Source of the DNA: Raillietiella orientalis
Lineage: Eukaryota
NCBI GenBank assembly: GCA_036172245.1
Contig: JAYWIR010000018.1
Location: forward strand, 310,001 to 374,000
DNA: 64,000 nt
Direction of reading: 5' to 3'
The notes beneath the pieces were generated by a model, which saw only the letters and a list, made by a program, of their open reading frames with translations, ran no database searches and had not been told where the DNA came from. Positions within the stretch are counted from its first letter, which is position 1. Each line of letters begins with the position of its first letter. Made by a program: the position numbers and the translations under genes. Below, piece after piece: positions 40,164-52,100 of this stretch.

Positions 40164-43100
40164 TCACTGCTCCTTCTTCTCTTCGTCCTTGGCTTTCTTC
40201 AAGGAAGGAACAGCTGCGACCAGCCTGAGAGGAGGAAACGCATGTGTTACGGACACTAGGGTGGTGTCACTCCGTGGGATTCACCTCGTTTTCAGCTTGC
40301 CCACTTCCTCGATGCCACGGGTCCATAGGTGATGCACGTGCTGCTTGTTGTTATCGTACGCTTTCGGCAGCGTGAACAGGCCCACGTATGCTGGAAGAAA
40401 AGAGGAAGGAAGGAGGACAGTGAGGAGGAGGGGCCCAGGCGCACGCTTACTCAAAGTCAGCAAAGTCAGTCCGTTGAACCAGTGTCCTATGTACGTGAGG
40501 CACCAGAGCAGCAGCATCAACCGGAACGAGTCCCAGTAGTTGCGGAGTAGAAACAGGTGTGTCCCTGCGCTCAAGGCTAAGTTCACCTTTTCCAGACAGA
40601 AATTCTTGAAGTTGTCGGCAACCTGCTCCGAGATGGATGGCTTGCAATCCGAGAGGAAACTGCCGGCCAATGTCAGGTTTTCCGCCTCTCCTGTGCAAAC
40701 TTACTGTAGGGGATCCTCGTATTCGGTCTTCTTCTGCACGGAGTGCATGATGTAATGGTAAGCTCTGATGAGTGCCACCAGGGTCAACGCCAGGAGACAG
40801 GAGTACGCAAACACACTGATGACCGAGAAGAACATCAATGACAGCAGCAGCACCAGGCCTCCAACCAGCAGGGTGGCACTGGTCCGGGGACAGCGCCAGT
40901 AGATGAGATCTAAAACTGCGGAAGAGAGGGAGGGAGAAAATGAGGTCACTGTAAGAACGGCATGGGCGGCCAGACGAAGTTGCAGGAAAGAAAAGAAGTC
41001 GAAGAGTTCTCAACCTCAAGGGGAAGTTAACGCGTGACTCCTGAGAAGTTGCAGCCGGACCCATGTTGCAGGGGCGCAGCCCTCCAAGTTTGTTCCAGTT
41101 TTCTCGGGGTCCCCACCACTGGCTGCTTCCAGCAGGCAGAGAGACAAACGTTCACAACGCCACGCTTGAGAAACCCAATGCACCATGGGTGAAACAAGAA
41201 ACTGCGACTATCCCCCAGTGGCCGAAGCTTCGAATAATCGGAAGTCAACGACGCCGGGGCAGACTGCACTTCTGCTGTGGAATCCACTCGTTCGCGGCGC
41301 GTTCTCGAAACACTCACTACGGAAGTCGGGCAGAATACCCAACCTCGCCGCATGTGCCTACTGAGAGGTTCTCCACCAAAGAGGGAATCGGACGCGAGAT
41401 CCCGAAACGGAATGTCTACTAATCAGAACGGTCTAGCCAACTAGAGATCCGTACGAAAAGAACCGAGTTATTCCAAGCTCAAAGGTAACAGATAACCAAG
41501 AGGCATCCAGCTAATCAGCCACTTCCAGCATCTCGTCCCGAGGCGAACCAACTCAATCGAAACGAAGGCAGCAACTCGACCGAATTACGGCGCTCCGGAA
41601 ACAAATTAATCTGCCACCACTTAATCCATGTTTCCAGGAAATCTTGTTTCGGTTTCTCCCCCTTTTTTTTTTTTTTTTTTTAACTGACTGGAAACCTGCA
41701 AGCACAACACAATGAAAACTCACCCGAGAGGGGAAAAGACATCTGTCAAAGCGTCACGGAAAGCAAGCGAAGGAAAGTTCACTTTGCCACTTTTGCATGG
41801 CTCGTGTGGTTTGATTTCCAAAGCATCACATCCGCAGAGAAATCCGAAATACGCATATCGTGGACGCTCGCTCGCTCGCTCCGCACATGCGTGCCGAAAG
41901 CACAATGCAGCAGCTTTAGGCTTCAACCTCCAACGCCGCAAACGGGCGGGCTGCGCATGTCAAAAATCGTCCTCCGGGACCCCATGAAGGGCACTACTAT
42001 AAACACACCTACCTGCCTGCCTTCCAACATTATGGGTGTGATAGCATTAGTCATATTTTGGGTGACCCCAACGCACATTCGCTTCCGCAGCAAGTTCATC
42101 AGAATTTCACTAAATTGGGGACCAGAAACGCGTGAAAAAAGAGTCTTATTTATTTCCTCCTTTATTCTCCCCATGGTGCATGGGAAAAAAGAAAGAAAGA
42201 AAAAAACTGTTATACAGATACAGAAAACAGACAAACAAACAAACAAAACAAGAAAAACACAAAGGGAAAATGTATGAAAATGCGTAGTGCTAACTCAAAT
42301 GCTTCCCTCATAAACACAGGTGGTAGCACCCTAGCAGCACAACACAGTGTCCACTACGGTCAAGCTGGTTTAGTAAGTGCATCCAACTTCCAGAGGTTGG
42401 CATACTTATTCAGCATTCTCTTTTAGTTTGAGCAACGAGCAAATTTACCAATCAAAAAAAACCCTTCTACCCTAATTTTCAAGTGCATTAAAAACTGAGT
42501 CACACTGTTGCTTACCCACAGTATCATGAAGGCATGAAGACCTAGCTGTATGATTTTTATCAGGGAAGCATTTCTGAAAGCAAGTCACACCAGCAAGTTC
42601 AAGCACCGAGCTCGAAACTAGTGTCAGTGAAATGCTCCAACTTGTGAACTGAGAGCAACCAACATGAAATAGCAAAGAACTCTGCTTAAGACAAGTCATT
42701 TCCTCCTACTAGGTGGTGATAACTTTCCTGTTGAAATAAATTCATGGTCATTTCAAAGTATTTAAGAATTTGGGCAGCAGAAATTTCTGGCCACTGGAGT
42801 GAACCAAACCGTTTTTCTGATTGGGATAACATCCTGTTTTCAAACTGGGCTTTTGCTTACAAAAAGGCAAGTCATTTGTCTATGGCAATCTCTGATGGAA
42901 TCATGCTACCAAGAACATCAAATCAAAGCTTAACTTGAACAAGGACTAGAGTTTTTGATTTATGTTGTTTTTCGTTTGTCCTCACACTGTAATTACATCA
43001 CATGAAACAAAAGCACTACTACTGAAGCATAACTTAATAAAATAAATAATGAAATGCTCAAGGCCAGACCCAAACACATTCACTGCTGTTACCTGGTTGA

Positions 43101-46100
43101 GGCAGAAACTGCAGGGACCAGCATTCTAAAAATTGCAAAGCATTCAATGTTAGTACCCAGGTATTATTAACGTATTAATACATAAGTTTAGCATGCAATG
43201 CATTCCAAGCATAAAATGTGGGAACCATCGGCTTTCAAATTTAATGCAAGCAAGGGTTCAAACTGAATGTTTTGAGTGAAGAAGCTCCCCCCGGATTAAT
43301 AGTTTTAATCAAAAATTCAAACCGATACAAACAAAGGAAAAAGCACAATTCAAGTCGGAATCATTCCAACTGAATTCCCATGTCAAATGATGGTCAACTT
43401 ATTTTTATTTATTTTTTTTATCTGAACTGTGAAAGCATGACGATATCAAATAGCTTCCATTACCTTTTTCACACATGAAAAGCATCTCTTTGCGTCGACC
43501 AGGAGAAGAAAAGAAAAGAAAAAAAAAAAAGAAAAAAAAAAAAAAAAAAAACAAGGAGAAGGGGGCTTGTTGGCTGCAAGTTTAAGTGCACCGCATCTTA
43601 CGACACAACTTCAAACACCTCACCAATGGGTATGCCGGAAAGAAGCCACTGCGCGGTTTCTATCTCTCCCTACCCACACCGCAGAGTTGTCATGCACACA
43701 CAAGGATCGCGGCGATCTTCCCAGCATCACGCCGAAGACCCAATCAGGTCCGACCCACGGCGCGGAAACACCTTGAGAAAAACGCGCGCTTCCAGCCACC
43801 ACCGCTCAGCGCCGAGGAAATCTGCAGTCCGACGTCGGTCCCCGGTGCGTTTCCAAAGTGGTGGTGGCAGCTTTCCGGTGGGCAACGCAGCAACGGGAAG
43901 ACGTTGCTCGGTCCTCTTTTTTGTCTCCTTTTGTAAATGCCCGCCGAGTCGCTCGCGTCGCAGTTCCCAGCCAAGGTGGGGGATAACCCATTACTCCACC
44001 GCAAATGTGGTTGCAGAAGGGGGAAAGCTCGCCTTTGAGAAAACAGCACCTGTGTTGGATCTGGAATCCCCCAAACATTTCCACACGGGAATCCCTCGGG
44101 CAGAGGAAGTGCCGTTTCTGATATCCTGCCCTGTGCATCAACCGCTGGTTCCCCATGTTACTGAGCCATTGGCCTGCTTGCATTTCTACTGCACCGTAAA
44201 TGCAATGAACGTGGATGTACACAACTTCATCGATTCGATTCTCCCTGATTGCACACAACTGCCACTTTTGTTCCGTGAAATGTTCGCCCCTAAGCATATC
44301 TGCATCCAACAGGCCACAACGTTGTTGCATGCAAGAAACGTATTTGTATGGAGTACAAAATGGGAAAACTACCATATTCTCTTCCAGTTGATGGGCAACA
44401 GGCAAAGCAAACGAATTTTTTTTTTTTTTTCTTTCCTCTTCCAAACGGGTGTGCACTCCTGTTCCAGCATTTTCCCCTTCTTCCTTTCAGCAGGCCATTC
44501 GAGTGACTCCTTTGCTTTACTCGGTTCTGTAGTCGGATCTTTCCTCCTACAGTACAACGAACGATCGAGAGCCACAGGGCGCACGGGTCCTATTCGGCAT
44601 GGGTCTCACTGAACTGGACCACGATCCCCGAAGTGACTTCCAATGCATACAGACGGATTGACCAGGAAGGAAGTTCTATTCTTGGGTTAGAGATCAACAC
44701 GATCTGAATCATCCATGCCAAGTGGACCAATAGAACACACACACAGTAAGGCTCAGCATATCTTGGAGCTGTTTGAAGATAACCGGTACGTAAATGATGA
44801 AAAGCCAGCTCGCCCCTGAATTTCCAACTTCACCCTTCGGGTGTTTCTTCCCGGTTCGTAAATTTACGACTAGTCATTTTTAATGTGCAACATCAGTAAG
44901 GTGTACTTAAACGATAACGTCAACCGCAAAGCTAACTCCGTGCACAGATCCCCTTATTGGGTACATAAGAAAATTCATCTTAAAGCACAGCAATAAATAG
45001 CTGGCCTTCGCTTATGATGTGGCTGCGAAATAATATATACATATATGTAAATGTATATATTATTCGGGAAATTCGGGAAGTAGGATTTGTGTTTCTCCTT
45101 AACATCTTGCCTGATTCCAGGCAAGGCATTAATGAGAAAATCAGACTTGTAATCTGTGCATGTACAATGAGCTGGAAAGATAAAAACGGGGGAAAACGAT
45201 CCTTGTGAGTCACCAGAGCCCGTGCTTGTTGCCGTTGTAAGAAGCACGCAAAGCTGTCCATGTGACCAGCTGCAGTGAAGCGGGTCCCTGCAGGCTGAGT
45301 GATTTGGAATGTGTTTTCTTCTCTCACGGAAGGCCCACTTCTCACTGCGTCATATATACATATATATATATGTATGTATAAAATTCTACTACATTAAATT
45401 TACTTCAGGAGCCACAGATCATGTTCCAACAAACACCTTTCTGCATTCCAGTTTCGTTTGCTGCGTTTCATCTTGTAATGTTCTTTCTATAAGTGTTTAT
45501 AAGAAATAAGAGCTAATCTTATACGAAGCACCCTCTATGAAGACTAGGTGCTTTATATTTGATTGTATAAAACGCTGTTTATAGAGGAAGGACTGGTACT
45601 TCTATGTCTTAATGTGTTATTGCAATCCCACAGCTACTTTTCTCGCTTTTTCTGAAGCACTACTTCACAAACGAAAGCAAGACAGAAGATGTTCCCTTCA
45701 GAGATACCTCAATAGGAGTCATGGAAGCACACTACTGTATAGGAAGGATACAGGTGCACATGTGATTTGACTTTGCCAGAGACGACCGGTTCTGTTTGTG
45801 CCACCTGGTGGCAATCAAGAGCTGAACTTCCAATTCGTTGACAATGATGACTCTTTTTCTCAAATAGACCCTGGGTTTCTAGATAAGTCTGGATTTCCGG
45901 CTCGTGGATTTCCATGTGTATGAAGCCAACAGATGCGGACGCCGAGCTTTTCTCAGCTCATCGGCAAACATGCACCAGTGGTGGTCACAAGTGTTCTGTT
46001 GAGGAAGGCGGGGGGGGGGGCACGGGAAGAAGAAGAAAAAAATCCGCTCATGAAGGAAAAACCTCACTCAGCCAGCTGACGGTAAATAACCAACACAACT

Positions 46101-49100
46101 GCTGAGTAACCCAAGCGTGGCTAGAGTCCACTCCCTTTACAAAAACATCCATTCTCGAAATGAGCGCAGAAGTATACTGCCTGTGAGAGTGTACCCCCGA
46201 AGAAAGTCTGCAGGAGGAGGGGGAGAACCGTACTTCCACGAATGTGCAAATACTCAAACCTGAAACTTCGTGAGCTGAGTGTTTCTGAGCCGAGTCCACT
46301 TTCTTTTCTGGTGACTTTTCATCTTTCTCGGAGTTCTTGTCCTCGGAAATCGATTTCGAGCACGGCGCGTCATTTTCGCGAGTCTGTGCCGAAGACTGCT
46401 CGGCGTTCCAGACAGAGGCATCAGGAGAACCGGAGTGCCGCACGCCGGAATCGGCAGGCGGCTGCGGAGAGATATTTGTGGCCTCCGCTTCGTAGGCAGG
46501 AGCGGAGGTGTTCATGTCTGTTACTTCGGGATGCACCTGGAACAAACAAGCAGCACTGAGCTCTTCCTGTGCAGATACTCCCGTGGAAGCGGCTGCATGA
46601 TAACAATAACTCATTGTTTGTACCGAGGGATCGAACATCCGCCCTTTTATTTGTTGACCGTGAGTCTGCGTCGAAAACTGTCGACGGTCGGTTTCCAGGC
46701 GCCGATTGTTACTTGTTTGCAAACGGGTGACTTGACGACCGGCGAAGAAACGGTGGAAAAACACACACATGCCTGCACACCGACGCAGGAAGACAAAGAG
46801 GAGCACTCCTCACGTATGGGTGCAACCATCCGGCCCGCAGGCTCAAGAACACACCGTGCAACATGCACGCGGGCCGAGGAGCTCGCAGAGCTAGAAATCG
46901 CATTCGATGCGAGACACCTCTCTGATTTGCCTCCCATCTGAGCATGAAACAGATGCCCAGCTGGCTGCAAGGAGAAGCGAATCGGAGGAAGCTGCGAAGA
47001 TGCGCTGCTAGCTAGAATAGGTGGGGACCAACCTATTCTGGTTGCCGTTCTACTCCTAGCGGTATCGAGAAATCCCCCAAATAAGATAGCAGGATTTGTT
47101 TTTTTGGCGGTTCGCTTCTAGAAAAACATGCCACGAAGAATTAAAAAATCTGGAAGAGTATGCAGATGCAGAACAGGATGATAGGGAAACATGGATCAGG
47201 TCCTAGAAGATGGCAAATGAGAAAGCAGTTACAAAACCAAAAATGTGGAAAAGCAAACGGTCAGAACAACAACTTCGTCCAGTGCTGCTCGGAGGGGTTG
47301 AAAGTGAGCTCGCTGAGGCTCCTCAAAAGGTTTGAAACAGATAGGAAAGAAGGTGAAAGTACTATAGACTAATATGGGGTGATGCTGCTCGCACCGTCAT
47401 TCGGATGCTTCGTATCCTAGTCATGGTTGTCAAGAACGAATTGGTCCCAGGGCAGATATTCATCGAAACGAACGAGAAGCCGGAAGGAAACGGATTAGGG
47501 AAGAGCCGAGATGGAATATCCAGAGAGGATGCTTTCTCCGTATCTCCACATGCTCGGACAACTCTCGACCAGGTCTATCATCCTCTTCGAAAAAATCGCA
47601 TTTTTCCTCTTATGTCACGACGCGCACTTTTCGGCAGAACAGCGAACAACGAAATCTTCCATTCTTTATCTCTGACCACTTCTGAATCGATTTGAAAGCA
47701 GCAGCTCCCAGTACTTCGATGCAATTGCCCGAATAAATTCTTCCCTCCCTTGATCGCAAGCGCAGCTCCAGCTCTCGCTGTGCTCTTCAAGAGTGCACTC
47801 TGGAAACAGCGCTGGCCAGGATGTGAGGCTAAATCTGGTTGCGAATTCGTCGAGGTTCTCCCGAAAGAAAAAAAAAGAAGACCTTCCTGGATCGACAGAT
47901 AGGAAGAATGAAGCAGAAGAAAAGGCCTTATTCGGGAAGCACACCACCTACTCTAACATTTCCTTGTTTCTTCTCAATATACTGTAGCTAGGCAACCCTC
48001 CGTCAGGAACAAATACAAGATCAGGAAGAGAATGGAGACTCCACCACGAGATCTCTACGCTTTTCGAGAAAGACGGTGCTACCACCGCATGGGCAGACTC
48101 CACTATGGCCCTCGTGCTGTCCTGCACGTAGCTCGACAGGAGCAGTTCATCCTCCCGCGGTGACTGATACGGGTGGCACACAATGAGAGCGAGATGAGTT
48201 CTCAACTTCCTCTCGTGCTACGTTAACATACTAGAAATGGATCCTGTGTCATTTCCGCGAGAATCAATCCTTCCTTTTTTCGAACTTTCCCGTCCGGAAG
48301 AAACCAAGTTTTGCCACACCTCTGTCATGTGACGCTTTCACTGTCAAATGCTGATGCTGCCATTCCCCGGGGACAGACCGGAAGAGGCGCTTTTCCCTTT
48401 AATACTTTCGTCGATGGAATTATCTATGCACCGGACGGATCTTTGCTATCCTGATCGCCAAGTCACGTATTCGACGTCATGCCGCGTCACGTCACGCAAA
48501 TGCCCGAAGACAACTAGTCGCCGTCGTTTCTAAAGGATCATGAGGTCTGCTCCAGAGAGTGCTTCATTATTTGGAAAACGATAGGGCTGTCTAATCGGAA
48601 GACTGACACGGACAGGGGAATCGGAATATGGAAAGCATGTGACTCGCTGGGAAAAGCACGCATCGACTGGCCTATGAGGAGATCTTTGGGAGTCCAGGAG
48701 AAACAAATGCATAGGATTTGACTCCAGGTTACAGGGAAGGAGGCGCCGCATTAGTTAGAAGCCCATGTGTGAATCCGAACCACCTGTACACTTCGAAAAC
48801 CTCAAAATGTGAAATGGAAGAGAAAACATCGAAAGGTAGCAGAGAGGAGGGAGGACAAGACGGCCGTCGACGAAATGGACTGGCCAGCTTTGACGGCCTG
48901 AGAAAAGCACAGGAAGCAGGTTCGTTTCTGGATTCTGGCTGCGTAAATGCACGCGGAAGAGCGCCACAGCCGAAGGAGTACAGGAGGAGTGGCCCCTGAA
49001 GGAAGGCACCACTTACTCCCACTCAGGAATCTCGCAAAGAGCGTAGAGCCAGCCGTCCTCCAAACCAGTGGACGTCGGCGGAGCTTGAGAACAAAGCCGG

Positions 49101-52100
49101 ACAAGACATTCTGACAAAGGAGCTTGCAGCATCGCGCTGTATCGAATTGCCTTCGCGTTGCAACAGTCTTGCAAGAACCAGGGAACACAACAGCAGAAGC
49201 ACTTAGGAATTCGAAGGGGGGCTTATCAGAAGCTGGAATGTCGCAAAAGGAGATCCTTTTGGGTTCTTTTCTCTTTTCACTGTTCCGGCGTTTTTTGTTT
49301 TTTTTTCTGGGTTTTCCTTTTTTTTGGTTCGCTAAGCACTCAAGAACGGTTCGCCTGACGACTCACGAAGCTCTTTAACACTGTTCCACGCCACCCAAGG
49401 GTGAGTGTTAACTCTTTAAGTTAGGGGATACCAGGGAGAGGACCACCCAATGAATCCAGGAAAAACTCCGGAGAAAGGAGCCTGTTCTTCTCTCTCTTGA
49501 GGGAGGGAGCCACTTCCTTATCTTCCCCGGAGGGGCCCCCGGGAGGGAGCCACCACTCCTTTCTTCTCTGAAGAGAACTAGGAAAGGATATGTTCCTGGA
49601 CCTTCTTCTCCGGAGGGCACCTGCAAGGGAACCGCTGCTTGTTTCCTCCCCGAAGGGACGCTTCCAAACTTGATCTGAAGGGAGCAGCGCATTTCTTCAC
49701 ACTCTGGAGAGGTATCAATCAACCAGCTCCGTGGCACGCGACAGAGGGTCTCACCTGAGAGAAGAAGGGGACGACTCCAATTTTCATAACTGGAGAGGAA
49801 CCCCGAAGGGAACCGACTCTTCGATTCCTGAAAGGAACACGGAGGGTCAACTTCCAATCCCAGCTACTCAACGGGGACATCCGGTTTCTGGCTTCCATCA
49901 GGGCCGCACCCGAATATGGGCCAACCAGCGTTATCTTGTGGAGGGAACTCGAATCCATGAGGCACCCATTTCTCTGGCGTCCCCACGTGGGGATTCGAAC
50001 CCGCAACGGTACCACGCGCAGAGACCGTAGCCACACGGTCTCCAATGCGGGGGCGTTATGAAGGTATCCAAAGGAGATCCTTTGGAAACGTTCAAAGCGG
50101 TGACAAAGCAGCAGCTACAGAGAACGCTGCAACTGCAACACGCGGCAACAACCTAAGCAACTCCTCGGAGCCCAGGGTGAGTGAGGGTGCTCACAGCACC
50201 TTCCCTCGCAGAAGGTTCACGAGACTCTTTAAGATTTGTCCAACGAAAGGTTACGAACTATTTGGTGTAGGAAGGAAGGCACTGAGAAAATCTCTTAGCG
50301 TTTCCAACGAGTGCGTGAGACAAATAAGAGAAGCGTTCCGGTGGTACTTCAAATGAAGCATTGGCGGGCGCGAAAGGCTGTCAGTGAGGGATGAATCTCG
50401 ATCAACTGTACAGAAATGAAGACGATACAATCCGCCCTTGAGTGGAAGAATTATTGCATGCAGTGGAACAGATAGAGTACGCCAGAGGAAGTACTAAGTT
50501 GACTCCCTGAGTGCATCTGCTGACAAGCAGAGGTGACTCCTCACTGTACTCAACCTGCCCGTGATTCTCAAAGATTTCTAATGAAAAGCCTATGGTTGTT
50601 GAACACCTAGTGACCAACATCGGCGGATGCTTCTGGTAACCACTGCGAACACAGTGCGACATTTTAAATAAACTTTCGATTCTCTCTTGGCCTGCAGAAT
50701 AGAGAACGAAGCGATAGACAGGAATGCCTGCAAAATCTCTTCATCCATAGCGAAAAGGCCAGGGAGATGATATGAATAGTATTTCTGCTCAAAAACCACA
50801 ATGGCTGTACAAAGTGCAATTCAAACGAGGGACTCCTCCCAAGATGGATCATCTAGACGTTAAAAAACGGGTGGGGGTAAGCGAAGCCTTCATAAGGTGC
50901 GCCGTTCTAAGCATTTCGGTGAAGTGCAACACAATGTATCCGCATTAGGGACGATTGCAAGTTTCCGTGCCAATTAGATGTTACCCCCCCCCCGAGAAAC
51001 AGAATCCAAAACACACTACGTGAAGGGCGAAACGAAAGCAATCGGAGACAAGAAAAAAGCTTCCAAACTTGGAATCCGAATTTCCCATACACGGCAGCGT
51101 GACTTTTGCATTCCTGTTGTTCAGACTGTTCCAAATCTTTGCACTCACCTACACTGTCAGCAAAGCTCTTGCTTTCGGTTCACGGGAAGCCATATATCAC
51201 TTCTTTCTGAAGCTTCTTCAGGCATTTATGACAATTCGCGTGCTCCCCAAGTTTGCGCAAGTTGGGAGAGACGGAAGATTCCCACCGATTCCCGTCGGCT
51301 CTCGATTCTGAGGCTCTCGATTCCCGTCGATGCACTGCTCGGTAACCTGGCACCGCCTCTCGGTTCATCTCAACGCAATCCATCTCCGGTCCGCAGCTTT
51401 CGCGATGGGGCCATCCTCGTGCACTCCTCAGAACGGTCACTCGACAAATGGATTCGCAGCGCGGCGATCGCCACGGGAGCTTCCAAGAAAACGTTCCCAG
51501 AGCAACGGATTGTTGGCTCAGTGGGGAACGCGCTCCGCTGCCACGCAACGGCGTGCATGCAAGCGTGAAAACTGGGAGCACGAAGAAGAAGAAAAGGGAA
51601 AAACAACTGGAAAAGGAGCGAAGACGAAAGGTTAGGAAGAGGACGGATCTGCTCTCCTTCGGGAAGAGCATCAACTGCTTCTGGACCACCGTGGGAATTC
51701 GCCAGCTCGAGAGCGCACTCCAGTGCCATAGGGAAAAAATCCCGGAAAAAGATCAAGGGGATTTTATGCATTCATACTGATAGTTGTACATATTGGTAGG
51801 ATAAAGGGCGATAATTTATTTGGCACCTTTATTCTGAAAAGAATTGAGAGATGTGGCAGGTGTAAACCCTGAAACACCGAAAGAACTCGAAGCTCGTTTT
51901 TCTCAGAAGAATGATCATAAAAACTAAAGCTCTCGACTTTTGTGTGCTGTCGCAAGGTCATCAGGACGCCCGATCCAGATGACTGCGCTGTCAGGAGGCG
52001 GCAATTTCATGCAATTAGCCATCCTTACCTCTCTGCGGAGGGGGAGATCTCTCGGATCTCACGCGCGATCTATATTACAAGCTTCCTGCTGCGAGACAAC

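Noticed and set aside
44150..44400. Possible integrase relic on the minus strand (FSHFV.., QANGSV)
   Set aside because: Only two short motifs; too weak to list as a feature without an alignment.
45480..45590. Short AT-rich inverted repeats (MITE-like)
   Set aside because: Imperfect, no target-site duplication identified, compatible with chance.
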